Assembly (NCBI GenBank): GCA_965237675.1
Contig: OZ250150.1
Span: forward strand, 1,024,001-1,088,000
Direction: 5' to 3'
DNA length: 64,000 bases
DNA from: Candidatus Latescibacterota bacterium
Lineage (GTDB): Bacteria; Latescibacterota; UBA2968; GCA-2709665
A program made the translations under genes and the position numbers. The notes below the pieces were generated by a model. That model worked only from the letters and a program-made list of their open reading frames with translations. It was not told the origin of the DNA and did not search any database. Below are positions 10,731-20,422 of this stretch, piece after piece; within the stretch, counting starts at the first letter, position 1; each line of letters opens with the position of its first letter.

Positions 10731-11771
10731 ATGGATTTTGCGATTGAGAGTGCCATCAAAATAGGTGTGGTATTCGCCGGGATTCTGGGCGGGGTTGCCT
10801 ATCTCGTACTGGCCGAACGGAAAATCAGCGCGTATATCCAGAACCGTTTAGGTCCGAACCGCGTGGGGCCGTGGGGTTTGCTTCAGCCGCTTGCCGACGG
10901 CCTCAAGTTCCTGTTCAAGGAAGATGTGATTCCCCGGCATGTGAACCGCTTCGTTTATCTCGCCGCGCCGCCCGCCATCCTCGTCCCCGCGTTGATGGGT
11001 TTTGCCATCGTGCCGTTCGGCGATACCATTACGCTGTGGGGCCGGGAGGTCCGCCTGCAGATCGCGGATCTGAACATTGGCATTCTTTACCTGTTGGCGC
11101 TGGCGTCTCTGGGAGTCTACGGGGTCGTGCTGGGTGGCTGGGCGTCCAACAACAAGTATGCCCTGCTGGGCGGGCTGCGTGCGTCCGCCCAGATGATCAG
11201 CTACGAACTGGCGCTGGGGCTGTCGCTGGTTGGCGTACTGATGGCCGCGGGCACCCTTCAACTGGATGAAATCGTCAGACAGCAGTCGGAGCAGACCCTG
11301 TTCGGTTTTTTGCCGAGATGGAATGTGTTCACCCAACCTCTGGGTTTCGTGTTGTTTACCGCGGCCGCGTTCGCCGAGTGCAACCGGCTGCCGTTCGATC
11401 TTCCGGAATCGGAACAGGAATTGGTGGCCGGATATCACGCCGAGTACAGCAGTATGAAGTTCGCCATGTTCTTTATGGCGGAGTACGCCCACATGATAAC
11501 GGCGTCTGCCGTTATAGCCACATTGTTCTTCGGCGGCTGGCATATGCCCTGGCTGGTGGATCCGGGGAATACCTCCACCGTCGCCAGTCTGCTCAAAGTA
11601 CTCGCGTTTTTGGTTAAGACCGGATTCTTCATGTTTTTATTCGTGTGGGTACGCTGGACCCTTCCGCGTTTTCGATACGACCAGGTGATGTGGTTGGGGT
11701 GGAAGGTGTTGCTGCCGCTGGCGCTTCTGAACGTCTTCTTAACCGGGCTGTTTTTGACGCTTGCGAACTGA
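10731..11771 (+). CDS. nuoH: NADH-quinone oxidoreductase subunit H
   Basis: ERK..IQNRLGPNRVG, ADGLKFLFKED, AQMISYE, NRLPFDLPESEQELVAGY, LPRFRYDQ. Confidence 0.96.
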   Translation: MDFAIESAIKIGVVFAGILGGVAYLVLAERKISAYIQNRLGPNRVGPWGLLQPLADGLKFLFKEDVIPRHVNRFVYLAAPPAILVPALMGFAIVPFGDTITLWGREVRLQIADLNIGILYLLALASLGVYGVVLGGWASNNKYALLGGLRASAQMISYELALGLSLVGVLMAAGTLQLDEIVRQQSEQTLFGFLPRWNVFTQPLGFVLFTAAAFAECNRLPFDLPESEQELVAGYHAEYSSMKFAMFFMAEYAHMITASAVIATLFFGGWHMPWLVDPGNTSTVASLLKVLAFLVKTGFFMFLFVWVRWTLPRFRYDQVMWLGWKVLLPLALLNVFLTGLFLTLAN

Positions 11772-11936
11772 GTGTTCTGTCCCGGAAATAGATCGCCAAA
11801 ATTCGGCCGCCGATTCATCCCGTCTCGCTGCGTTGCCATCACTCGCCGACCTTGCCCAGGTCGCCTCGCTCAGGCGCCTTGCGAGCTGGGCGACTCGGCG
11901 GCCGAATTTTGGCGATCTATTTCCGGGACAGAACAC
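11772..11936. mobile_element. 165-bp palindromic MITE/ERIC-like element, copy 1
   Basis: Perfect 42-bp terminal inverted repeats GTGTTCTGTCCCGGAAATAGATCGCCAAAATTCGGCCGCCGA, flanked by TGA on both sides; inverted homolog at 27358-27519. Confidence 0.85.
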
Positions 11937-11961
11937 TGAGCGGCGCCCTGCGGGAGGGAGA

Positions 11962-12489
11962 ATGGAGCAGACCTTCTTTTTTGTTTTTGCCGCAATCGCC
12001 CTGGTTGCGGCCGTGCTCCTGGTCGCATTCCAAAATCCGGTGTACAGCGCCCTGTCTCTTGTGGCAACCTTCTTTGCCCTGGCAGGGCTTTTTGTTTTGC
12101 TGAATGCCTATTTCCTGGCGGCGGTCCAGGTGATCGTCTATGCCGGGGCGATTATGGTTCTCTTCCTGTTTGTGATTATGCTTCTGAACCTGGGCCAATC
12201 CGGCACGCTCGAGCGCGTCGCGGGAAAATATCGGCGGGCCGCCGTTGTATTGCTGGCAGCGGTACTGGTTGCACAACTGGGCTTCATGGCGGGACGGCGT
12301 TGGGGCGGCACACCGGTATCCGGAGAGGCCCCCCTGTTTACAGACAACATCCATACCATCGGTAAACTGTTATATACCAGGTTTCTGTTTCCATTCGAGG
12401 TGGTTTCAGTGATTCTGCTGGTGGCGCTGATTGGCGTGATGGTAATGGTGAAACGGGATCGTGAAGGCGGCGAAAACGAATCCCGATAG
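11962..12489 (+). CDS. nuoJ: NADH-quinone oxidoreductase subunit J
   Basis: [36 protein letters not shown]; RBS GGAGGGAG before ATG 11962. Confidence 0.95.
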   Translation: MEQTFFFVFAAIALVAAVLLVAFQNPVYSALSLVATFFALAGLFVLLNAYFLAAVQVIVYAGAIMVLFLFVIMLLNLGQSGTLERVAGKYRRAAVVLLAAVLVAQLGFMAGRRWGGTPVSGEAPLFTDNIHTIGKLLYTRFLFPFEVVSVILLVALIGVMVMVKRDREGGENESR

Positions 12490-12574
12490 ACGCTATCTAA
12501 AATGCACGTGCAGTCACCCGTCCGGTCGTCGTCTGAGATACGAATTCGGGATGGGTCTTTACAGTGAGATCGAG

Positions 12575-12880
12575 ATGGCCGTTCCGGTTTCCTATTACCT
12601 GATTCTGAGCGCGATGCTGTTCGCCATCGGCGTGACAGGCGTGCTGATTCGGCGCAATGCAATCGTGATTTTCATGTGTATCGAATTAATGCTGAACGCG
12701 GTTAATCTGTTGTTCGTGGCAATGGCGCGGTATATGGGTTCGGGTTCCGGTCAGGTATTCGTGTTTTTCGTCATGGCGGTTTCCGCCGCCGAGGTGGCAG
12801 TCGGTCTGGCGATAATAATTTCGCTATACAGGAATAGACAGACACTGGATGTGGGTGAGGTGAATCTGCTGAAATGGTAG
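12575..12880 (+). CDS. nuoK: NADH-quinone oxidoreductase subunit K
   Basis: [29 protein letters not shown]. Confidence 0.95.
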   Translation: MAVPVSYYLILSAMLFAIGVTGVLIRRNAIVIFMCIELMLNAVNLLFVAMARYMGSGSGQVFVFFVMAVSAAEVAVGLAIIISLYRNRQTLDVGEVNLLKW

Positions 12881-12940
12881 GCGCCGAGAGATATCAAAAC
12901 CACAATCCATCTTTTTCTGTTTGAACTGAGTGGGCCTACA

Positions 12941-14800
12941 ATGTTGACCGTGGTGATTCTGATTATTCTCTTTCCGCTCGTCGGGGCGGCCGTTAACGGA
13001 TTGTTCGGGTATCGGCTGCGAGAGGCGTCGGGGTATATCGGTGTGGCGGCGGTGGGACTCTCGTGGGTTCTGTCGCTTCGGGTTCTGGTCTGGGTGCTGG
13101 GCGGCGGTGGATTGAACGAAGACGTATACGCGTGGATCGCAGCCGGGTCGTTCAAGGCTGCGGTAGGGTTTCAGGTCGATGCGCTATCGACCCTAATGAT
13201 CGTAACGGTTACGACAATCTCGTTCCTGATCCATGTGTATTCTTTCGGATACATGCGCAACGACCCTGGCTTCGCCAGATTCTTCGCTTATCTGAACCTG
13301 TTTGTGTTTTCGATGCTGCTGCTGGTACTCGCGAACAATTACGTGCTGATGTTTGTGGGTTGGGAAGGGGTAGGGCTTTGTTCATACCTCCTGATCGGTT
13401 TCTGGTATGAGCGGAAATCCGCATCGGATGCCGGCAAGAAGGCGTTTATCGTGAACCGGATTGGGGATTTCGGCTTCCTGCTTGGCATTTTTCTGATGGT
13501 CAGTTACCTGGGCACGGTGCAGTTCACAGAGGTTTTTGAAAAGGCGCCCGTGATGTTATCCACGGGGGTCGCGACGGCGATTGCGCTGCTGCTTTTTTTG
13601 GGAGCCTGCGGAAAGTCGGCGCAGTTTCCACTTTATGTCTGGCTGCCCGACGCAATGGAAGGCCCAACCCCCGTGAGTTCGTTGATACACGCGGCCACAA
13701 TGGTCACAGCGGGTGTCTATATGGTGGCGCGTTCGAACGTGCTCTATACGCTCGCGCCTACGGCGGGCGCGGTGGTGGCCTGGGTCGGCGTTGCCACGGC
13801 GATACTGGCGGCGACAATCGCGCTGGTGAATACCGACATCAAACGGGTACTGGCCTATTCAACGGTCAGCCAGCTGGGGTTTATGTTCATTGGTGTGGGA
13901 GTTGGCGCATATACGGCCGGAATTTTCCACCTGTTCACACACGCGTTTTTCAAGGGGTTGATGTTTCTGGCCGCGGGCAGTGTGATGCATGCGATGCAGG
14001 ATGAACTGGATATGCGGAAGATGGGCGGGCTCCTGGGCAAGATGCGGGTAACGGGCGTCACATTCTGGGTCGGCGCGCTCGCCATCGCGGGAATTCCGCC
14101 GCTGGCCGGATTCTGGAGCAAGGACGAGATTCTGGTGAGTGCGTACCGTTCCGGGAACACGGCGATCTGGTTGTTGGGCGTCGCGGGGGCGGCCCTGACG
14201 GCTTTTTACATGTTCCGGCTGATCCTTATGACGTTCCACGGAAGACCCCGGGATCAACATCTGTACGACCACGCTCACGAGTCGCCGTGGAACATGAAAG
14301 CGCCGCTGGTTGTGCTGGCGCTCGGTTCAGCCGTCGTGGGTTTCGTGGGCGTTCCGCCGGGGCATGGTTGGATAGATGCGTTCCTGAGCGATGCGGCTGG
14401 CGGGGCCCACAATGCGGCATCTGGCGGGCTGTCCGGCGGAGTGTTGATGGGTATTTCAATCTCGGCGGGCCTGTTGGGAATCGGATTCGCGTACGGGATG
14501 CACAGAGCCGGTAGGCTGGGATCGGCGTCCTCAAATCCGCTGCATGGATTGCTGACGCGCAAGTGGTACGTCGACGAGATCTACCACGCCCTGATCGTGC
14601 ATCCGATTCATTGGCTTTCGCTGGCATTGTCGCGCGTTCTTGATGCGATTGTGGTGGATGGGATCGTGAACGGGCTGGGGTTGTTCGTGAAAGGCGCGGG
14701 CTGGGTCGTTACCCGCTTTCAATCGGGCAATGCACCCACTTATGCGCTTTGGATGGTGCTTGGCGTGGTCGCGGTACTGTACTATGTGTCAGGGAATTGA
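12941..14800 (+). CDS. nuoL: NADH-quinone oxidoreductase subunit L
   Basis: GWEGVGLCSYLLIGFW, GKSAQFPL..WLPDAMEGPTPVS, HAFFK, SKDEIL, C-terminal lateral helix (KWYVDEIY..Q.G). Confidence 0.96.
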   Translation: MLTVVILIILFPLVGAAVNGLFGYRLREASGYIGVAAVGLSWVLSLRVLVWVLGGGGLNEDVYAWIAAGSFKAAVGFQVDALSTLMIVTVTTISFLIHVYSFGYMRNDPGFARFFAYLNLFVFSMLLLVLANNYVLMFVGWEGVGLCSYLLIGFWYERKSASDAGKKAFIVNRIGDFGFLLGIFLMVSYLGTVQFTEVFEKAPVMLSTGVATAIALLLFLGACGKSAQFPLYVWLPDAMEGPTPVSSLIHAATMVTAGVYMVARSNVLYTLAPTAGAVVAWVGVATAILAATIALVNTDIKRVLAYSTVSQLGFMFIGVGVGAYTAGIFHLFTHAFFKGLMFLAAGSVMHAMQDELDMRKMGGLLGKMRVTGVTFWVGALAIAGIPPLAGFWSKDEILVSAYRSGNTAIWLLGVAGAALTAFYMFRLILMTFHGRPRDQHLYDHAHESPWNMKAPLVVLALGSAVVGFVGVPPGHGWIDAFLSDAAGGAHNAASGGLSGGVLMGISISAGLLGIGFAYGMHRAGRLGSASSNPLHGLLTRKWYVDEIYHALIVHPIHWLSLALSRVLDAIVVDGIVNGLGLFVKGAGWVVTRFQSGNAPTYALWMVLGVVAVLYYVSGN

Positions 14801-14899
14801 AATTCATTTGCGCCCGAATCGCGCGGACAGGTTCACATTCCCGGCCCCGCGAAACCCTGCATACGATTTTTCCATTGCGCGATATGAGGAATTAAACCT

Positions 14900-16420
14900 A
14901 TGCCTGGACTCCTTACAGGCTTGATTTTTATACCGTTGGTTGGCGGCGTGTTGGTTCTGGTCCTGGGTCGCGGGCGTGACGGGCTCAGCCGTGGGTTCGC
15001 CCTGGCGGTGGCATTGGTGAATTTGCTGCTGTCCGTTTTGTTATATGTCAATTTCAGAGCAGGCGCCCCGGGGATGCAGTTTGTAGAGCGAATGGAGTGG
15101 GTGGGGTCGTTCGGCATCTCCTATTTCGTGGGGATCGACGGGATCAGTCTGTTGCTGGTATTGGTGACCACCCTGCTCACGTTTCTGGCGATTCTCTCTT
15201 CGTGGACGTCAATTACATCCCGGGTGCGGGAGTATATGGCCGCGATGCTGCTGCTGGAAACCGGGATGATTGGGGTGTTTTGCGCGCTGGATCTGTTCCT
15301 CTTCTATGTGTTCTGGGAGGCCATGCTGATTCCGATGTATCTGTTGATCGGCGTCTGGGGCGGAGAACGCCGGATCTACGCGGCGGTGAAATTCGTGCTC
15401 TTTACCCTTGCCGGCAGCCTGATGATGCTCGTGGCGATTGTCTATCTCGGGCTGGAGTTTGGCACCTTTGACCTGATGGTGCTTCAGAAAGTGACGTTTC
15501 TTCACCCGGAACAGAACTGGCTCTTCCTCGCGTTTTTCCTGAGTTTCGCCATCAAGGTGCCGCTGATTCCGCTTCATACCTGGTTACCGGACGCGCATGT
15601 GGAGGCGCCAACTGCGGCCAGCGTGATCCTCGCGGGCGTTCTGCTGAAGATGGGAACCTACGGGTTGGTTCGATTCTGCCTGCCATTGTTTCCGGTTGCC
15701 GCGTTCTACTTCACCCCATACATAATGGCACTTTCCGTGATCGGTATCGTATACGGCGCCCTGGTGGCGATGGTACAGACGGATATCAAGAAACTGGTGG
15801 CTTATTCGAGCGTGAGCCACCTGGGTTTTGTGGTCCTGGGTATTTTTTCGATGAACACACAGGGAATGCAGGGCGGAATTATTCAGATGGTGAACCACGG
15901 GTTGTCAACGGGGGCGTTGTTTTTGATTGTGGGCATGCTATATGAACGCAGGCATACGCGGCTGATTGCAGATTTTGGCGGGTTGGCCAAATCCATTCCG
16001 GTATTCGCCACGTTCTTTTTGATTACGACACTATCGTCCATTGGGTTGCCGGGGCTGAACGGGTTTGTGGGTGAGTTCTTGATCCTTTTGGGAGCCTTTA
16101 AGGCGAACATGGTATTCGGCATCATTGCCGCCTCGGGTGTCGTGCTGGCGGCCGTGTATATGTTATGGATGTTCCAGCGCGTGGTATGGGGCGAGATAAA
16201 GGATGAACAAAATCGCAAACTGCCAGATATGTCCATACGGGAATGGTTTATCATGGTGCCGCTGGTGGCGCTGATGTTCTGGATAGGCCTGTACCCGCGG
16301 ACGTTTTTGGAGAAAACGGAGTTGTCCGCGAAACGCGTGATAGAGCAGGTGCGCATCCGGCAAATCGAAGGCTCCAACAATCCCTTCGCGGCGGTTCAAT
16401 CGCGTGAAAAATTCAGATAA
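14900..16420 (+). CDS. nuoM: NADH-quinone oxidoreductase subunit M
   Basis: FWEAML, IKVPLIPLHTWLPDAHVEAP, LLKMG, NHG, GFVGEF. Confidence 0.96.
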   Translation: MPGLLTGLIFIPLVGGVLVLVLGRGRDGLSRGFALAVALVNLLLSVLLYVNFRAGAPGMQFVERMEWVGSFGISYFVGIDGISLLLVLVTTLLTFLAILSSWTSITSRVREYMAAMLLLETGMIGVFCALDLFLFYVFWEAMLIPMYLLIGVWGGERRIYAAVKFVLFTLAGSLMMLVAIVYLGLEFGTFDLMVLQKVTFLHPEQNWLFLAFFLSFAIKVPLIPLHTWLPDAHVEAPTAASVILAGVLLKMGTYGLVRFCLPLFPVAAFYFTPYIMALSVIGIVYGALVAMVQTDIKKLVAYSSVSHLGFVVLGIFSMNTQGMQGGIIQMVNHGLSTGALFLIVGMLYERRHTRLIADFGGLAKSIPVFATFFLITTLSSIGLPGLNGFVGEFLILLGAFKANMVFGIIAASGVVLAAVYMLWMFQRVVWGEIKDEQNRKLPDMSIREWFIMVPLVALMFWIGLYPRTFLEKTELSAKRVIEQVRIRQIEGSNNPFAAVQSREKFR

Positions 16421-16480
16421 ATCGATCCGAAGATCAGATGTGTTCGGCCATTGCCGGGCATGGGCGAGAGGAGACGGGGT

Positions 16481-16966
16481 TTGAGAATTCTCCTGAGTCT
16501 GGGCGTTGTTTTGCTTGGGGTATGGCTGCTCTGGTCGGGGCATTATTCCATCGTCCACAGCCTGGTTCTCACACTTGGAATCGTTTCCTGTCTGGCGGTG
16601 GTCGCCATCGTGCGGCGTATGGGCATCGCCGATTCCGAGGGACATCCGATTCACCTGGTGGGTCGCGCGTTTGGATACGTTCCGTGGTTGCTGCTTGCCA
16701 TTTTTCGGTCCAATATTGATGTGGCTTTACGAATTCTGCATCCACGACTGCCCATCAGCCCGACCCTGATTCGTACCAGGGCAAGCCAGAAACACGCGCT
16801 GGGGAAGGTTATTTACGCCAACTCCATAACACTGACTCCCGGAACGGTGTCAGTGGAGGTGGACGACGACATGATTCTTGTTCACGCGCTCTCTCGGGAA
16901 AGCGCCGAGGAACTCCAGGAAGGCGAGATGGATCGCCGCGTTACGGCAATGGAAGGAACTTCCTGA
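16481..16966 (+). CDS. mrpE: Na+/H+ antiporter subunit E
   Basis: WLLWSGHY, NIDVA, YANSITLTPGTVS, VHAL. TTG 16481 follows GAGGAG; alternative starts 16451/16460. Confidence 0.9.
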   Translation: MRILLSLGVVLLGVWLLWSGHYSIVHSLVLTLGIVSCLAVVAIVRRMGIADSEGHPIHLVGRAFGYVPWLLLAIFRSNIDVALRILHPRLPISPTLIRTRASQKHALGKVIYANSITLTPGTVSVEVDDDMILVHALSRESAEELQEGEMDRRVTAMEGTS

Positions 16967-17253
16967 TGTTTGCGGCGGCAATGGCGGCAATCCTTATAAC
17001 AATGGCCCTTGCTCTGGTTCGGGCGTTTGCGGGTCCCACGGTTTACGACCGTATCCTGGCCGCAAATATGTTCGGCACCAAGATGATTCTTTTGATTGCG
17101 GTACTGGGCTTTCTCACCGGCAGGCCGGACTTTCTTGACCTGGCTCTGATCTACGTCCTTCTTAACTTCATCGGGACATTCGCCGTACTCAAGTACGTGC
17201 AATTCGACGATTTCGGATCGGCCGGCGGCGAGAGTGGAGAAACGCACAAATGA
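16966..17253 (+). CDS. mrpF: Na+/H+ antiporter subunit F
   Basis: GPTVYDRILA, FLDLALIY..LNFIGT; 3 TM; overlaps mrpE stop. Confidence 0.92.
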   Translation: MFAAAMAAILITMALALVRAFAGPTVYDRILAANMFGTKMILLIAVLGFLTGRPDFLDLALIYVLLNFIGTFAVLKYVQFDDFGSAGGESGETHK

Positions 17254-17567
17254 TGGTTCACGATGTCGCGAGTTGGATCTGTTTGCTCGTGGGCTCGCTC
17301 TTCTGTGTTGTGGGCGCTATCGGGCTTCTCAGGTTTCCCGATTTTTACAGCCGGATGCACGGTGCCGGAATTACCGATACACTCGGCGCCGGGCTTGTGC
17401 TTGTGGGGCTGATGGTCCAGGGCGGACTCAGCATGGTAACCGTCAAACTGTTTCTGATCCTGATGCTTCTCCTTCTCACCAGCCCTGCGTCGACCCACGC
17501 GGTCGCAAAGGCCGCCTTCACCTCCGGGTTGAAGCCACTGCTTCAGGAGGATAGCCACCGACAATGA
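17250..17567 (+). CDS. mrpG: Na+/H+ antiporter subunit G
   Basis: GLLRFPDFYSRMH, TDTLG, TSPASTHAVAKAA. Confidence 0.92.
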   Translation: MMVHDVASWICLLVGSLFCVVGAIGLLRFPDFYSRMHGAGITDTLGAGLVLVGLMVQGGLSMVTVKLFLILMLLLLTSPASTHAVAKAAFTSGLKPLLQEDSHRQ

Positions 17568-18133
17568 TCGAACTGATAGACGTTGTTTTGCTGGCTTTCA
17601 TGGCGGCCACCGCCGTCGCCGTCGTCCTGATCCGCAATCTGCTCGCCTCCGTGATCCTGGCCGGGATTTTCAGCTTGCTTTCCGCCGGGATTTTTACCGT
17701 GATGGACGCCGTCGACGTGGCCTTTACCGAGGCCGCCGTGGGCGCGGGAATCTCGACCGTGCTTCTGATCGGGACCCTGATGCTGACTACCAGGGAGGAA
17801 AAGAAGCCGTCCCGACCGTCTCCGCTGCCCCTTCTGGTGGTTCTGGCGACCGGGGCGGTCCTGATCTACGGCACGCTGGACATGCCGCGTCTCGGCGACG
17901 CCGGAGCTCCGGTTCACACCCATATAGCGCCGGAATATCTCAAAGATACCGTGCCGCACCTCAGCGGCTCAGCAAAGAGAGTCGGCGTTGAAAATATCGT
18001 GACTTCGGTGCTTGCCAGCTACAGAGGATACGATACGCTTGGCGAAACCACGGTGATCCTTTGCGCGGGCATCGGGGTGTTGCTGTTGCTGAAGGGATCC
18101 AGGCCGGGACGCGACCGGGAGGACGGGCGGTGA
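17564..18133 (+). CDS. MrpB-related subunit (DUF4040 domain plus MnhB N-terminal part)
   Basis: DAVDVAFTEAAVGAG, NIVTSVLASYRGYDTLGE. Confidence 0.88.
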   Translation: MIELIDVVLLAFMAATAVAVVLIRNLLASVILAGIFSLLSAGIFTVMDAVDVAFTEAAVGAGISTVLLIGTLMLTTREEKKPSRPSPLPLLVVLATGAVLIYGTLDMPRLGDAGAPVHTHIAPEYLKDTVPHLSGSAKRVGVENIVTSVLASYRGYDTLGETTVILCAGIGVLLLLKGSRPGRDREDGR

Positions 18134-18549
18134 AGAATCAGATCATTCCGCGTGTAATTGCGAAGCTATTCATCCCGCTTATCCTTCTGTTTGCGTTCTA
18201 CGTCCAGTTTCACGGCGATTTCGGGCCGGGGGGCGGGTTCCAGGCCGGTGTGATTTTTGCGGCGGGGTTTGTGCTATACACGCTGATATACGGCCTGGAC
18301 GAGGCGAAGCGGGTGGCCAGGCCCGCCGTCGTGGAAATTGTCATTGCCCTCGGTCTGCTCCTGTATGCAGGCACCGGGGTCGTGGGGATGATAAAGGGTG
18401 GCCGCTATCTGGACTACGGCGTGCTGGGAGCGGATCCGGTGCACGGCCAGCATTTGGGTATTCTTTTAATCGAACTCGGAGTGGGGATCACCGTGGCTTC
18501 GGTGATTATCGGGGTCTTCTTCGCCTTTGTCGGCAGGAAACGACCATGA
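18130..18549 (+). CDS. mrpB: Na+/H+ antiporter subunit B
   Basis: HGDFGPGGGFQAG, ELGVG; GTG start overlaps the upstream stop. Confidence 0.9.
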   Translation: MKNQIIPRVIAKLFIPLILLFAFYVQFHGDFGPGGGFQAGVIFAAGFVLYTLIYGLDEAKRVARPAVVEIVIALGLLLYAGTGVVGMIKGGRYLDYGVLGADPVHGQHLGILLIELGVGITVASVIIGVFFAFVGRKRP

Positions 18550-18905
18550 CGGCATTCCCGGGTTTATACAACTATTGGATCGTAGTTGTCCTGATGATGA
18601 TCGGATTCTATGCGGTGATCACCAGCGGCAACCTGGTCAAGAAACTGATCGGCCTGAATATCTTTCAGACTTCGGTCTTCCTGTTCTACATCAGCATGGG
18701 CAGAGTCTCCGGCGGGAGCGCGCCGATTGTCGCAGAGGGGGTGCAAAGCTATTCGAACCCGCTGCCGCATGTGCTCATTCTGACGGCAATTGTCGTCGGT
18801 ATCGCTACTACGTCTCTCGGGTTGGCGCTGGTGGTGCGGATTCAGGAAGCCTATGGCACAATAGAAGAAGAGGAAATCTACGGTCAGGGTGAGGAGTTCC
18901 CCTGA
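18546..18905 (+). CDS. mrpC: Na+/H+ antiporter subunit C
   Basis: NLVKKLIGL, NPLPHVLILTAIVVG, YGTIEE. Confidence 0.92.
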   Translation: MTAFPGLYNYWIVVVLMMIGFYAVITSGNLVKKLIGLNIFQTSVFLFYISMGRVSGGSAPIVAEGVQSYSNPLPHVLILTAIVVGIATTSLGLALVVRIQEAYGTIEEEEIYGQGEEFP

Positions 18906-20422
18906 TGGCCGTCCACTTGCCTATTCTGCAGATTGTGGTACCCCTCATAGCCGCGCCGATCTGCCTGCTGCTTCGACGAAGGATGCTGGTCTGGGCCTTC
19001 GCTACGGCTGTCGGGTGGACCGTGCTGGGGATCGCCGTTCTGCTGCTGATAAGGGTCCTGGATGCCGGTACAATCTCCTATGCGCTCGGGAGCTGGAGCG
19101 CCCCGTGGGGGATCGAGTATCGGATCGATGCGGTCAACGCGTTCATATTGGTCCTGGTGGCCTTCATCGGCGCCGTCGTGCTTTTGTACGCGCCTCCCAG
19201 CGCGGCCCGTGAGATCTCACACGACCGCCACTATCTGTTCTACGCGGCATATCTCCTGTGCCTGACGGGCCTCCTCGGCATCGCCATCACCGGAGACGCG
19301 TTCAACCTGTTTGTCTTTCTCGAGATTTCCTCTCTTTCTACGTATGCGCTGATCAGCCTTGGAGAAGACCGCCGCGCCCTGACGGCCTCTTACCAGTACC
19401 TGGTAATGGGTACCGTCGGGGCCACGTTTATTCTGATCGGCGTGGGGCTCCTTTATATGGCAACGGGGACCCTGAACATGGCGGACCTCGCGGTTCGTCT
19501 GGGTCCAGTCCTGGACACCAGGACAGTGCTGGCGGCCTTCGCGTTCCTCGGCGTCGGCCTGTGTTTGAAACTGGCACTGTTTCCGCTCCACATGTGGCTG
19601 CCCAACGCGTATTGTTACGCGCCATCGATGGTGACGGCCTTTCTTGCGGCAACGGCGACCAAGGTCTCCATCTATGTCTTCCTGCGGTTCGTCTTCACCA
19701 TTTTCGGACCCCAATTCGCATTCGATTCGGTCGGGTTGCAGTTCGTGCTGGTGCCACTTTCGCTGCTTGGTATTTTCGCGGCCTCAACGGTCGCCATATT
19801 CCAGAGGAACATCAAACGCATGCTCGCCTATTCCAGCGTTGCCCAGGTCGGCTACATCATGCTGGGGGTCGGCCTTGTGTCGGTGAGCGGCGCCGGGCCG
19901 GAACTCCGGTACGGACCGGGGTCGTTGAATGGTCTCACCGCGGGAATCGTTCACCTTTTCAATCACGCCGTTATGAAAGGCGCACTGTTCCTGGCTATGG
20001 GTTGTATCGCCCTCCGCGTGGGCTCAGTTCAACTTGACGATATGCATGGTCTCGGACGTCGAATGCCGGTGACGATGGCCGCCGTTGTGCTTGGCGGCCT
20101 CAGCCTGATCGGCGTCCCTCTCACGGTGGGGTTCATCAGCAAGTGGTACCTGGTTCTTGCGGCCCTGGAAAAGGGCTGGTGGCCGATCGCGGTTCTTGTC
20201 CTGCTGGGTTCCCTGCTTGCGGTGATCTATATATGGCGGGTGGTCGAGGTGGCCTATTTCCGTGAGCCCGCCGAGCCTGCCGGGGTGAACGAGGCGCCGC
20301 TGCTGATGCACATCCCGATGTGGCTTCTGATTGCAGCCACCCTCTACTTCGGAGTTTCGACCTCCCTCACCCTGGGCGTTGCCCGGAAGGCCGCCGGATG
20401 GCTTTTGGGAATTGCGCCATGA
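18905..20422 (+). CDS. mrpD: Na+/H+ antiporter subunit D (copy 1)
   Basis: GDAFNLFVFLEISS, LKLALFPLHMWLP, TKV, GFISKWYL. Confidence 0.9.
   Translation: MAVHLPILQIVVPLIAAPICLLLRRRMLVWAFATAVGWTVLGIAVLLLIRVLDAGTISYALGSWSAPWGIEYRIDAVNAFILVLVAFIGAVVLLYAPPSAAREISHDRHYLFYAAYLLCLTGLLGIAITGDAFNLFVFLEISSLSTYALISLGEDRRALTASYQYLVMGTVGATFILIGVGLLYMATGTLNMADLAVRLGPVLDTRTVLAAFAFLGVGLCLKLALFPLHMWLPNAYCYAPSMVTAFLAATATKVSIYVFLRFVFTIFGPQFAFDSVGLQFVLVPLSLLGIFAASTVAIFQRNIKRMLAYSSVAQVGYIMLGVGLVSVSGAGPELRYGPGSLNGLTAGIVHLFNHAVMKGALFLAMGCIALRVGSVQLDDMHGLGRRMPVTMAAVVLGGLSLIGVPLTVGFISKWYLVLAALEKGWWPIAVLVLLGSLLAVIYIWRVVEVAYFREPAEPAGVNEAPLLMHIPMWLLIAATLYFGVSTSLTLGVARKAAGWLLGIAP

Noticed and set aside
11761-11961. 67-aa N-terminal extension of NuoJ or a NuoI remnant
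   Set aside because: It is translation of the palindromic element; no CxxCxxC motif; a strong RBS precedes ATG 11962
12941-16420. 2M-type Complex I with an extra pump and lengthened lateral helix
   Set aside because: One nuoM only; NuoL (619 aa) and NuoM (506 aa) are ordinary in length; the extra antiporter subunits are MrpD-type and MrpD3 has its own tail
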